64,000 bases of DNA, taken from the NCBI GenBank assembly GCA_905178155.1, contig CAJINV010000001.1, forward strand, positions 5,650,724 through 5,714,723, read 5' to 3'. The stretch is from Amoebophrya sp. A120. Lineage: Eukaryota > Protista > Dinoflagellata. Positions within the stretch are counted from its first letter, which is position 1, and each line of letters begins with the position of its first letter. The notes beneath the pieces are model-generated. The model did no database searches. It had not been told where the DNA came from and saw only the letters and a program-made list of their open reading frames with translations. This document shows positions 25,500 through 37,289 of the stretch, in pieces. The translations under genes were made by a program, and so were the position numbers.

Positions 25500-27456
25500 A
25501 TCCATGCGCCGCTCACGGTCCTCTTCCTCCGCTTGCCTCTGCTGCTCGTACCGTGCTTGTTCCTGTTTCAGAAAGGTGCGCGCCATCAGCCATTCTTAGG
25601 AATTTTCTCATTCAAACGCGAGCTACACAGATGAAAACAGATCAACATTTTCAAACTCCTAAAACCCTATCACCATACCTCTTCGTCCTGTTCTTGTTCC
25701 TCCTCTGCCCTGCTGTCCTCCTCCCGTCGCATGCTGTCGACTTCTTTCTGCTCGTTTCTTCGGCTGCCTTCGACTAGTTTGATTTCCTTGTCTTCCGCAA
25801 TGAGTTGGGCAGTGGTCGCCGCTTGCTGTGTAGTTTAGAAATTTGAAATTTCTGCATAATATTTTTTTCCTTTGGAAGAACAGAACTACGCGACGGTGGC
25901 ACAATTTCCTGAAAAAAAAACTTTCCGACATACTTGCTTACCGCGGTTCCCAGCGAGCCCACCTGTGTCTTCAGGTCTGCCAATTGCTTCGACAGAACCT
26001 TGACTTCTCCCTCCAGCGTGACGGCTTCGCTAGTTTCGTCCAGCCCAAAACAGGCGGAGGCCCGAATTAGCGTGTTAAATTCCTCGATCTTGTCAAAGCT
26101 GTTCGGCCCAAACAGGTGCCGCACCGGGGTGCCGGTCTTATCGGTGGCGATCACGCCGACCGGGTAGGCTTCGAACGCAGCGGGGTCGACCGCGGCACAA
26201 TTCGTTTTCATGACGCAGACCCCTTTCTCTCCGTCCGGAACGAGGGCAGCTTCGCCGCCATCCTGATAATTTTGGAAATGAATGTCACTTCTTTCAATCT
26301 AGTACTCCTGGTCGTGCTATGTTCCTCCCGTGTAGTACGGAAAAAGTCGTAGCGTCAGGGAAAAAGCAACAAGCCGTCAAGAACTACTATACCGGCGTTG
26401 CGACAGTTTCTGCCGACCCAGCCGCACTTCCGGCCGTTGCGTCCTTCATCAACCAAGTTGAGATACAGTTACCGGGGCCGAAGGAAACCTGAAGAAGTAG
26501 AGATTGCCGTTGTTGACCTACTAACTTCTTTGCAGAGGAAATTTCCAATTCGATCATGAACAAACGGAAACGCATTCGCCTTCGCAAGAAGTCCAAATCA
26601 GCCTATACTCGCTCGTCGTCTCTATCGAGGCTGACAAGGTCGAGCCCTCGTTCATCGTTGTCTGGTAAGTTCGCGGTCTGTGCGAAATGCGCTGGGATAG
26701 CAGGTTGTGCGGGCAAAAGGGCGCTCGCTTTCGGAAGCTCTTGCGTAGTTGTTGTGCCTGCGGGCTCCGCCTTGCTCTGCTTGACCAATACAAGTTGCGG
26801 ATCTGCAGCAGCTCCAGGGGCGGCCTGAAAATATGCGAAGTACTTTTATCCTCTTAGCGGGTATCAATTCGAAGTGAATGATTGGGTGTTTGTAATTATA
26901 CAAATACATTTCTGGCTACTTAGTAGCCCTGATAGATTGACACTCCTATCCGGTTTGAACAAACACGATCTCGCAATTCACAACTCACCTGGCGAACCTC
27001 CGCAGCAGCTCCCTTCGCTGAGGTACGAGCAGCAGCTCCTTCAGGGCCCCTCGTCCCCTTCTCCTGCACATTCGGCTTTACTGCAACTGCCGACAGTTTT
27101 TTCAAACTAGCGTTGAGCTCTGGGGGCAGACCGCAGACGTCGCAGGCCACGGAGGTGTCAAACTCCTCGACGGAGTCGAAACCACCCTTACCAAAGCTGT
27201 GCTTCTGCAGCAAACCGGGCTTCTTACACGTAAAAGCGAACTCCACGCTGTCCAAGCTGACATTCTCGGGACAGTGCGTCGCCAGCACACAAGTGCCCGA
27301 TTGCGGGTTGCGACTCACGGACACGCAGTGCGCCGGACCGTACGTGCTCACGGTGGAGGACAAAAATTCCTTCTGTTTCGCGATTTTTATCGCAGAGGCG
27401 TTTGCCGTGAGCAGCAGCAGTGCCGCCGAGGGGGTAGTGGGACGACGGAATTTCAT
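25500..27456 (-). CDS. Secreted protein with two tandem Cys-containing domains and an acidic tail
   Basis: Signal-like 'MKFRRPTTPSAALLLLTANA'. Internal duplication: 'GPAHCVS..GTCVLATHC..HSFGKGGFDSVEEFDT..C' vs 'GPGNCIS..CVMKTNC..HLFGPNSFDKIEEFNT..C'. The 3' end is approximate. Confidence 0.65.
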
Positions 27457-27857
27457 CTTTGCGACGGTCTGGGCTTGGTATAAGTGCGGTGTTTCTCAAA
27501 AAAAACCGCCACTTCTCTAGCCGCAGCTTCTCGTCGTCCCTCCTTCCTCGCCGCTTGCGTCCCTTGAGGACCGCAGGCGCGCCGCAGTGGCGAGAGGCGC
27601 TCGGCTTGGGCTCAACAAACCGGTGGCTTGCGGAAAGAATAGGCGGTACCCGAGCCTTTCTCTAGAGTTGTGAAAAGAATTCGACGGAATGTATGACGAG
27701 TCAAAAATCAATGAGAAAATAACCGCCTCTTGGTGATAGTACTAGCTCAGGAACCAAGCAGAAAAACACGTAAAGGGTATAAAACAACGGTAAAAAATAC
27801 AACAAAACTGAAGAAGGAAATGGTCCTCAGAGTCGTCTTGCCATCACAAATCCAGCC

Positions 27858-28248
27858 TCACTCTCTCGCGGACGAGCTTAGGGGTCGTATAGGCACCCTT
27901 CCACGTTCTAAATGTCTCGCAAGCTCTGCAGAGAGCGGAACAAATGTCCGTTCTTTTCCAAGCGTCTTGTCGCGCATTGGCAGAATTTTCCATTTCAAAT
28001 TTTCGTCTTTTACACAGAAAAACGCATGCGACAGGTTCGTCAGATTAAAATCGCTTGTCAATCGCATAGAAAAGTTTGTGGTCGTTTGCTATTTTCCTCA
28101 ACGAAAAAACTAGGTCCGCATCGTCATCTTCTGGCAATTGAGCAAAGTACTTCGCCTTTCTCAACCAAAGCACTGCGGTGAACATCCGAGGTTTTGAAAT
28201 TTTCAAGATTTGCCTCTGATAATCCGTACTTGCGTCATCCAATTCCAA
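27858..28248 (-). CDS. Possible small gene or fragment
   Basis: Two overlapping minus-strand ORFs with protein-like composition; no recognisable motif. Confidence 0.25.
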
Positions 28249-28481
28249 TCGGTTATGTCTGAATACTTTCGCAATAAAGTTCTGTTTCTAAAACAAATCG
28301 CTAGAGGTCCTCAAAACAGGAGCACTGATCTCGTTGATACTAGATAGCGGAAGTAAGTAATAGAAGTAATAGTTGCTGAAATACCAAGATCGTTTCATTT
28401 TTCTCGGACTGGGAGTAGTTGTTCTTGTTCCTCTCCTCATCTCGACGACCCACCCGTCTCCAAACAGATTCCTACACCGCC

Positions 28482-29730
28482 CTATCGGCGCGACGACGGA
28501 CCACCACGGCCGCGCATGGTGCCGGGGCTGCGCCGACCGTTTTTCGCCTCCTGAACGGAAATTCGTGCCCTGTTGAAGCTGGTGTCGTCTAATTCCCGGA
28601 TGGCCTTCTGGACGTGCCGATATTCAGAGGAAAAATCCCCCCTCCCCATATTGAAAAGGCATGTTTCCAAAAATTTGTGTTGCGGATTTGAGGTCACAAG
28701 TCACATGTGTCTTGCAAGAAGACAAGGGCAGAAGCTTCCGCCCCATTATGGAAGCGATTTGTCATGCTGTTGGGCCTAAAGGGCAGTCGTTTGCCATGCT
28801 GAACAACTAGACGCATGCGCCTCTACCTAGCCTGGGGATCTGGCCGCAATGCCTCTCTGCAATACAAAGCTGATTTGTGGCCCCAAATCAGCATCACAAA
28901 TTTCCGTTTTGATATGGGGTGGGGGGATTTTTCATTTTGATAGCCGACCCTCGGTGAACTCCACGAACGCGAAGCTCTTCTGTCTCCCCGTGTAGTAGTT
29001 ATCCAAGAAAAAAACTGTGTTAGTGTAACTTTCTTTGGCTGACAGCATCACAAATTTGCTGTACATGACAGAGAAAACCTGTCATGCGTGGCTTGTAAGG
29101 GAAAACACACATGGAAAGAGGACTTCGTGGCTGTCTGGCATGACAGGTGTAACTCTCTTCCTCTTGCATGTTCTGCATTACAGAGTTACACTTACACAGT
29201 TTTTTTGTTGCATAGTAGTCCTTTGGAATGTACACATCCCGCACCTCGCCGACTTCCTTCTCGATCAGATCCTGCAGCTCGTGCTGTGGGTTTTCATTTT
29301 TGGATATAGGTGATTTTTTCTCATATCGTAATTCCGTTTCCTCGTCGTGTCCCGGTAGGAACAGGAACCGACCTACTACTTTAAAATTTTCAGAGTACAA
29401 GCACACTTCAGCAACCAGGCACTCGTTGGTATAAAGTACCTTATCCGTGGAGTCTGGCAATCCGCGAATCAAAACCGACAAGCCGTCGCCCCGGTTCCGG
29501 CGCTCCCGGCCCGCATCGCCCCCGCGGCCCCGGGAGTCGCGGCTGCGACGACGGTCCTCCTTCCGCGGGCGGCGCGAGTCCGACCGGCGGCGGTCCTTCT
29601 TGCCTCTGGACTCCTCCTTCTTCCGCGGCGACGGGCTGCGGCTGCTCTTGCGGCTACGGGAACGGTCGCGGTCCGCCTTCTTGTCGCGACGACCCGACGC
29701 AGAACGGGAACGAGATACGGAGCGTGACAT
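28482..29730 (-). CDS. SR-rich RRM splicing factor (SC35/SCL-like), 4 exons; two of its introns are introners
   Basis: RS-rich N-terminus. The reconstructed RRM 'LSVLIRGLPDSTDK|HELQDLIEKEVGEVRDVYIPKDY|YTGRQKSFAFVEFTEGR|HVQKAIRELDDTSFNRARISVQEAK' is complete only after the two TIR elements are removed. Confidence 0.9.
28621..28942. mobile_element. Introner family A copy 1 (322 bp, MITE-like non-canonical intron)
   Basis: TIRs TATTCAGAGGAAAAATCCCCCCTCCCCATAT / ATATGGGGTGGGGGGATTTTTCATTTTGATA. TSD GCCGA at 28616-28620 and 28943-28947. Removing the element plus one TSD restores EGR-HVQ. Confidence 0.93.
29000..29214. mobile_element. Introner family B (215 bp)
   Basis: 31-bp TIRs with 3 mismatches (TATCCAAGAAAAAAACTGTGTTAGTGTAACT vs reverse complement TATGCAACAAAAAAACTGTGTAAGTGTAACT). 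TSD GTAGT at 28995-28999 and 29215-29219. Removal restores PKDYYTGR. Confidence 0.93.
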
Positions 29731-30616
29731 GTCTACTTCGTCTTCCACACTAAATAACTCTTTTTTGGCTGAAAATTTCTATCTTAATGGAAGCCTACAC
29801 TCGATTGCACGTCCTATCCAGTTAAAAAACCAATGAAGTCCTATCTAAAATTTGAATGTCGCTTGTGCTCCGCTGAAAAGAAATTAATGACGATACTAGT
29901 GAATATCAAGCAATTTTTTTTAGCGCACTTCTTGCTTCGCTAGAGAAAGGTACTATACTGAGCTTCCTGTCCGCGAAAAGTAAAGTGTCACTTCTGCCGT
30001 TTGGGTGCGGTTTAAGTGGGTGTCGAGAATTTTTTTTCATCTCAACCTACTGTACTGAGCATTTCAAAAGCCGATCGTGATCGTTCATGCGCTGCATTTC
30101 AAAAATTCTGTGATCATGCCTCGCGGTTTATTTGCACTTCGCGGGGTGGAACTGAACACCAAGGTTGATCCAAATATGATATTTTTCAAATAACTTATCT
30201 TCGTTGATTCCACGCGCATTCATATTTGCCTCTTTCTAACAACGCGGCATCTTGGTCTGGCGGAAACAGCATCAGCATTCAGAGTTCAAGTCTGTTAAGA
30301 GCGACAATCTTGTTCTAAATATCATTTGCATGGGTCCAAGGACGCTATTGCAAATCAAGGTGAGTGCTCAGAAGTGATAAAGCAGTGAATGAATTGATTC
30401 TATAACTATATCCTACACGATTTTTACGAGTGGGTTTCAACGCAATCTTTCGCTGAGTATCAACAAGTAACTCCATCAACTTCACGAATAATTATATTGA
30501 TGGCAGTGATGGAAAGGGAAGTGGAAGTCATAATGAGTTTCGTGGAAGCTACTGGTAATGCTGGTCATATCAACAGCCTTCGTAAGAGGTTTTGCTATAC
30601 AATCAATTCGCACACG

Positions 30617-33235
30617 TCAGCCATGCTGAGCATGCTTACAGACGGCATTGAAAAACTTTTTGTCGCCGGTGAGAAGAATCTTTTGTATCCGATTGAACGG
30701 AAAACTTGCAATCACGTGCCCGAGGCAATCCCCAACGCAGCCCGGAGAATTTTCGTACACTCCGCACCCGATATCGCACATTACCAATGTCTGCACACTT
30801 TCGCTGTCCTCAACTGTTTGGAAGAGAGTCCAGAATTTCTTCTTGACGCCTTTCATATACTCATTGTAATTCTCCGGCACGTCGCGAGGCTGCCCGTTCA
30901 CGAAGCGATTGCGGTTGTACATGGCCAACGTGAAAACCGTTGCAGTTCTCGGTTCCAATGCGAACATGTAGTGGGGCCCAGACCGAAAAAACTGAACATC
31001 CGGCGTGCAAATTACTTGAAAGTGTCCGAGCGCGGGTTGCTGGAATTCTTTGTCCAAGATCTGGTGCGCTCGGACCAGGCCGGAGTAAAGCGTCGACTGC
31101 ACACACAACGCCTCCTCCAACGCATGCCGGCCTCCAGTAGCGAACCCCCCACCGGGACTGAAACGATTGCCCGCATTCACGACACCGAGTGCCCCATCCC
31201 TCGACTCATCATGCTTCCAAATGCAGTCCGTAACAAGGTTCAACTCTTGCCATTCGACCACCGGATTGTCGCCTGTCCAAGTGCGTTTTGGTTTTTTCAT
31301 TTTCTTCCCGACCTCCTTGTGATCATGAATCGATGTGCCAAACAGCATCGCTTCGCGCTTCGCTTTGAGATGAACGAAGGGTTTTTGATAAAGACAATAA
31401 CCGCCATTCTCCGCAGCCGCCTGTGTGGTAGCGGCAATTTCATTTCGCCACTTGCGATGATTCCAAAACTGCCCAGACCGAAGCCACGCGAGTGCGTCTC
31501 TGGCACCCACCTCCTGGCGCGCCACCTGGCCAGGCGGGCCGCCAAACCCGACGTTGATGCCGTGAGCGGGTAGAATTCCCCAGCCGCTGTGTTTGTATCT
31601 AGTGCAGATTTCCTGCACAAGCTCCTCAAAGCTGTGTTCGACATTTACTCTGCTAAAGGTATCCTTGGGGCGTGCTGTTGTTTTTTCGGCTTCATGATTT
31701 GTATCCGCTTCTGTACTGTTTTGATTGCCGTTGTTCTGGCCCTGATTCTGTAGTGCACCAGCATACGTCTTCACAGGACTGCGACATCTGGGAAATGGAG
31801 TTTGCGTCGGCGTTTCATTTCTCTCATATGGGGAAGTAGATTTCCGGCAGCGCTTGTCACATACGCCTTTCCCCCCGTCACAGCCACGACTAGACTTCCG
31901 CTTCCCCGATCTAGAGCGCTTCGTCGTATCGGAGTCCGCACCGCCACGTCCGCCAGCCGATGCGCGCGCCTGTGGATCGTCTCCACCAGCCCAGACGGAA
32001 GTCGCGCCGCTGATTCCACAAGCCGCAGTCGCTTCCGCCAAGTATGCGACATTCCCGTCATCAGCCGACATCACAGAACAAGGCTCTTCTTCGAGGGCGG
32101 CCCAAACAGAAGTTTCAGTTTGATCATGCACGAATAGGTTTTCGTCCTTGACTAGTTCTTGCGGATTTTCGACAGGTGCGAATCGCTGCTGGACCATCTG
32201 AGTCTGCTGCTGCTCCGGCATGTTTAGGTCATCCTGCGTGTGCGCCGGATTCAAAATATCCGTGGTATCCGCAGTGTGGGTCTGCTTCAAAAATTCCTCT
32301 TCTATCTTAGCCTGCTCGTGGTTGTCCACTTCAACAACCATATCTGCGTTGCGAAAGCGAAAAGGAGCGGATTCCCTTTCATGAGGCTCACCGCAACTTG
32401 CGCAGGTTGTTGGTGTGGGAGCACTGCTGATGGTGTCATTCCAACAAGCCGCACTCTCGTCCGCTGTCGCAGCGACGATCGTATCGTGGCTGGCGACATT
32501 TAGCCCGGGCAGAGAGGTCGAGGGCAACGAGGATGCTGCTACAGGTTCGATTTTCGTGGGAAGCTCAATAGCTGAGATAATTCCAATTCCATGCGTACTT
32601 GCAGAGGAAATATTGTCAGTGCAAGCGTCGTACTGCAGCTCCTGCTGGCAAACGCCATTGCCCGGCGCATTCTGGGAACACTTTCCACTAGCCGATTTCG
32701 GAATGGGTGCAGCCAAACGTTGATGGTGAAAGTCGCCGTGGCCTGGTCCTTGATCATTCTTCGAAGCCGATAAGAGGCTCTTTCCGTCGATTGCTGCCGG
32801 TTCCCTGTCGTGCGCTGCCTTGGCAGCTTCCTGCCATACATCAAATGGACTCCAGTTCCACATTGCTTCCACACTAGATGAGCTGGAGTGCTGCGATTTG
32901 TGCGGGAAGCACGTATCGTAATCATCTGCGCCGGGAGCGAAGGACTTTTGTTGCTGTGGCAAACAAGTGGGAGCAGCACCACGTGGCCCGGAGTGGCGGC
33001 CACACAAGTTATTCGGGGCGCTCTTGAAAATGCTCGAGGGCACGAAGTTGTCCATAAAAACTTCTTGCGAAGATCCCTCTGGTTGATGAAGTAGACCGGT
33101 CTCCAAATCCCGAATGCTCGCCGGGTGATCTTCTTGTGGCGGCGACGCAAGCATCCAAGAGCAAGTATTACCCATTTTCGTTTTCAGCCACCGACCGGTG
33201 TGACCACAGTAAAATGATTGGTGATCAGGCTGCAT
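30617..33235 (-). CDS. Microbial-type poly(ADP-ribose) glycohydrolase (DUF2263/TIGR02452 macrodomain) with a long disordered N-terminus, intronless
   Basis: 'VVNAGNRFSPGGGFATGGRHALEEALCVQSTLY' matches the N..GGG-x-[Q/L]EE catalytic loop. Downstream 'ICTPDVQFFR' and 'LVMCDIGCGVYENSP' match the macrodomain GCG loop. Confidence 0.85.
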   Translation of the reverse strand: MQPDHQSFYCGHTGRWLKTKMGNTCSWMLASPPQEDHPASIRDLETGLLHQPEGSSQEVFMDNFVPSSIFKSAPNNLCGRHSGPRGAAPTCLPQQQKSFAPGADDYDTCFPHKSQHSSSSSVEAMWNWSPFDVWQEAAKAAHDREPAAIDGKSLLSASKNDQGPGHGDFHHQRLAAPIPKSASGKCSQNAPGNGVCQQELQYDACTDNISSASTHGIGIISAIELPTKIEPVAASSLPSTSLPGLNVASHDTIVAATADESAACWNDTISSAPTPTTCASCGEPHERESAPFRFRNADMVVEVDNHEQAKIEEEFLKQTHTADTTDILNPAHTQDDLNMPEQQQTQMVQQRFAPVENPQELVKDENLFVHDQTETSVWAALEEEPCSVMSADDGNVAYLAEATAACGISGATSVWAGGDDPQARASAGGRGGADSDTTKRSRSGKRKSSRGCDGGKGVCDKRCRKSTSPYERNETPTQTPFPRCRSPVKTYAGALQNQGQNNGNQNSTEADTNHEAEKTTARPKDTFSRVNVEHSFEELVQEICTRYKHSGWGILPAHGINVGFGGPPGQVARQEVGARDALAWLRSGQFWNHRKWRNEIAATTQAAAENGGYCLYQKPFVHLKAKREAMLFGTSIHDHKEVGKKMKKPKRTWTGDNPVVEWQELNLVTDCIWKHDESRDGALGVVNAGNRFSPGGGFATGGRHALEEALCVQSTLYSGLVRAHQILDKEFQQPALGHFQVICTPDVQFFRSGPHYMFALEPRTATVFTLAMYNRNRFVNGQPRDVPENYNEYMKGVKKKFWTLFQTVEDSESVQTLVMCDIGCGVYENSPGCVGDCLGHVIASFPFNRIQKILLTGDKKFFNAVCKHAQHG

Positions 33236-34179
33236 TCAGAGTCCGCCATCAGGTCATGTCCACGAGTTCAGCGAGAAAAAGAAAGTCTGGATTCGATAAT
33301 TGCGCGACAACGACCGCGGAAGAGTACTTATCACGGTCCAATCAGTGGGAAAGTGAAATATTGTAGAGTGCTCAGTTCTTTCTCTTATACACAGAAATGC
33401 TTTTGAGCGAAACAAAAAGCTTTATTCAGTAGATCGGGTTGAGGGTATTTCTTCAGATTTAGGGTTTATGTTCTTTCATTTTCTCCTTTCAGAGCAGAAG
33501 ATAGCATTGAAAGAGCGATGCCAGCAGCATTGCTTCCAGTCCTGAAAATTGATTCAATGGAATTTCGTTTTCCTGCTTCTGCGGTTTTCCTTTCTTCTTG
33601 TCGAATGGCACAAGTGACTCCCCAGCTATTTTGGACCCACGGAAGGCATTAACACGCTTCGGCGACCGCGTTTGGACCCAGGGAAGGATTGCAGACGATC
33701 TGATACGGATCACAAACTTTCCCGAGCATTTGCGATCACATTCACGTGAGAGCCGAGGAGCATCTTTATCCCGTCTCGCATCAATGTTGCGGTTCTAAAC
33801 GCAAGCCCTTGCATGCTGCCAAAGCCAGGCTTTTTGTTCCCTCCGCAAGTTCAAATCGGCGTACAGCTACAGCCTTACACATCTGCCTTGAATGGTAATC
33901 AATGAGCTTCCCCTCCTCCTATCAAAGTCCAAGTCCATCGTAGATCGGTCCTGATATGTAAAAAACATGTATACTTCTATCCAATGAGTGCGATTTGGCT
34001 TTTCGTATTTTCTTCTTCATGATTGGTGCGCTGCGCCCGAAGTACTTTGATGTATTAAAGTTGACTGAGTATGTATGTATTTTGATATGAATGCCTATAC
34101 ATCACGTGAGAAGTACAGAAAAACTGGTCCATTCTCCTTGCCTTGGTGGGCAAAACAATCCTTCCCGAGAGCGCCCTAC

Positions 34180-35206
34180 TCAGACGCGTCGCACGATTTT
34201 CACCTGATCATAATTGTAGACCACCCAGATATTCGAGGCCTGTTGAAAAGAATCCTTCTTGCGATTGACCAAGGTTGTGAATCCCAAGGGTTTTCCAGGA
34301 ACCCCCACAGTTTCTACCGCACCAAGCCGCACCTTGCATTCGAAGATGACACCTCCGTAACCCGCGTAGCTACGAGCGACATCCTTGCTGGACGTCAGAT
34401 AGATCCCACCCCCGGAGGTTCCGGTCCTCCCGCGCAAAAATTTTCCACTACTCTCAATAAGGGTGGCGTTCGCGACACTGGTACCGTGGTACAACGTCGC
34501 AACATTCGAATCCAGACGAGCTTGGCGAGCCGCGCGGTCGTACCGCAAGGCACTGTTGCATCCATTATCCGTGGCAGCCGGCATGGTCCTGTTAAATTGT
34601 GCATTTTTGCAGATACTTTGGCTCCCATTCCTGTAATCGATATTGCGCTTGCTATGCATCACTATCACCATTCAAAAGAGAAGCACCAAGTGACACAAAT
34701 TCGCGTGTACTTCTGCGCCGTGCAACGACAGATCGGCTCTCCGCGCTGCTTTCCTGGAGGCTCCGGACTTGGATTTGTCGGAATATTCTCGATACTTCTT
34801 CAAAAATTAGATGTCTTCGAGGAGAGGGCACTCAACTGTTTTTTGTCTTAAAGTGGTACTTAGTCCAAGATTTTGGAGAAAATGAAAAATCAATGTCCGA
34901 GACGACTTGCCGGGGGAATTTCTTATGTGTGTTCTCGCGCTTATGTACTTCTTTGTTCTTGTCAGAAAGTACAGAAACATTATCGCCCTGTCTGCATCCC
35001 AAAAATCCCTTGCAGAAACAGATTCCAATCCGCGTTGGTCTACATGCACAAGTCGATCTAGTGAAAAGAATCTGAGAACGGCCACCGCACCACGTCATGC
35101 ATGATACAGATCTTCGTGTTTTGGATCGTTCTTTACCTTCACTAGCAATGCCGAGGAGCACGACGGCGGCGCTTACTTTATGACCTTTCTTCACAAGTGA
35201 TCGCAT
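34180..35206 (-). CDS. PARP/Gig2-like ADP-ribosyltransferase domain protein 1
   Basis: Last exon 'LYHGTS...GGGIYLTSS...ARSYA..GVIFECKVRLG...DS...NIWVVYNYDQV' carries the H and Y motifs, with Ile at the Glu position. Upstream exons with a hydrophobic N-terminus are tentative. Confidence 0.75.
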
Positions 35207-35656
35207 GACCAAGCCGCGAGCGAGTGAAAACAACTGTCCCACATTCCGTTTCCGTACAATCTGCCGAAATCCAAACGATTCGAATAGGTTGATGATACTT
35301 CTCGTGTACGTGCTCCTGCGAGGCTCCTGTGATATTCTGAAATAAATCTTTAGTTGATATAAACATGAGATAGGGAATGTTCTAAAGTCAGTCCGTTCCT
35401 AAATGGCTCTAAAAGTGTGAGAATCAATGTCCTAACCCTGCCACCGATCTAACTGCACATTTGCATTTGGCAGCTGTGAAAGTCGGTGACGGTGAGTGCG
35501 CAAGCAAAGCTCGATTACTTGCTTAAACAAGGACATTGCGATTGCCCTTAACAAATATATCCGGTCAAGCAACGAGAAAGAAAACCTTTTCCATGTCATT
35601 TGTCTAATCCTACACGAGTCCTTGCGGTCCCTCTACCGCAAGAACTTACTGAAATT

Positions 35657-37104
35657 CTAATGAGTCTTCATAACATCTTCCCGATCAAGAACTTCCACCT
35701 GATCTGCGTTGTAAACGGCCCATTCCGGGTTTGGACACATCGTGCTCATCACGCTGTCATAGCCCTCTTTGCGGAGTTTACGGAATCGCAGCGAGTCGTC
35801 TTTCACGCTGATACTTTTCGTCTTTCCCAGCCACACCTTGCAGCGGTACACCGCGCCTTTCTCACCCGGTTTGACCACCCGAGTCTTGTGGATGGCCTCC
35901 GCTTTGCTCTGCGCAAAGTAAATCCCTCCACCCGCGATCCTGTAGTAAAAAGCAAAGCGAAAGCTGGTCTATCCGTTTCTACGAACGGTTCTGACAAGCA
36001 CCTTGAACGCAGACTAGCATGACAAGAAGTCGCCAATTCTAGACGCGTAGAAGCAGTAATCAAATCAGTAATTCCACACGGTATTTTGTCAGAAACAGAA
36101 TAGTGAAAACCCGGTCTTTCCACGCAGTAGTCGGCGCTTCGGATCTCTCTCGATCGCAGCAGCGCTCTCGGTGGAGGTGGCGTGATACATCACTGTGTAC
36201 GAATGTAATACAAACACGCGCTTGTAGCGTTCCTTCCCTTCTTGCGATTTGCTCGTGCTGCGCTTGAACTCTTGAACTTCGCCTTCTCCATCCATGTGGC
36301 GAAAATCATTGTTCGACGCGGGAGACGGAGGAAACGCAGCCGAAGCTGCGTCCGGCTCTCCAAAAAGAATCGCCGTCATCCTGGGTCGACGCGGTTCGAC
36401 GTTGTAAGACGAATCCTCCTCCTCTTTGTCGGTTCGGATCAAACGTACCGCGGAATAATATGACAAAACTGATAGGGAGAAAAGAGAGACACCTATGGGG
36501 AGCAGTACTGAGATCAACACAAACAAGGTATTATGGCCAGCGCCAGACATAAGTACCTCGCTCCTTTTCAAAAGAGTTTCAAAAAGGAAACCGATTTTTG
36601 CCGGTACGTCAATAGTTCGAGCTGCCACAAGATCTTCTCCTGTGGTTATCAACCGTACCTAGAGGACTCACTTTCAAATATTATACGTAGCTAGTCAATA
36701 CGATGCGTGGGGACGCCGTGGCTAAAAATAAAAAAAAGCAACTTTAGTTTTGGTGTGTAGAAAAGGCTTCTCCTTCCGTGCGAGATGCCGCTCTGTATTG
36801 GCAACCTGTGCCTGTCCTGAAAATTGGTTCCATTCTGGCCTCAAGAAAAAAGTATAAGCATGTACTGAAAACTTCTTAATCCTATACTGGAGCGCTAATT
36901 AGTCCTTACCCGTTTGTCGTCGGGGTCCACCATTGCCCTCGTGCAGAAATAAGGTGCTGCGGCTCCTTCTGCGGCCCGATAACAGAGAATGAGACTCACC
37001 AAAATTGTCCCAACCACGATGCTGGAGACGAATGAGTTCTTCACGATTGAGCACAATGATAGCGACTTGAGATCACGACAATGAGACCATAACTTCGATT
37101 GCAC
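35657..37104 (-). CDS. PARP/Gig2-like ADP-ribosyltransferase domain protein 2, membrane-anchored
   Basis: 'MYHATS..LLRGKTG|IAGGGIYFAQS..GAVYRCKVWLG..GYDSV..NPEWAVYNADQV', joined across a GT-AG intron at about 35941-36110. TM segment 'LFVLISVLLPIGVSLFSLSVLSYY'. A further hydrophobic exon at 36895-37104 is tentative. Confidence 0.75.
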
Positions 37105-37289
37105 GATGCTAGAAAGCGAGAAGTAGTAGAACCAACGTGTGTGCGCTTTTGAGATCGAAGACTGCGAGGATCAAGGCATTCCCACAAATCGGCCTAAGGA
37201 AGATCAGGATTGAGAACACGCTCCTATTTCTCCATAATAATCAAACCGGACTCCTTAGTGTCGAACGTGCAGTTTTGAAAACTTAGCTC

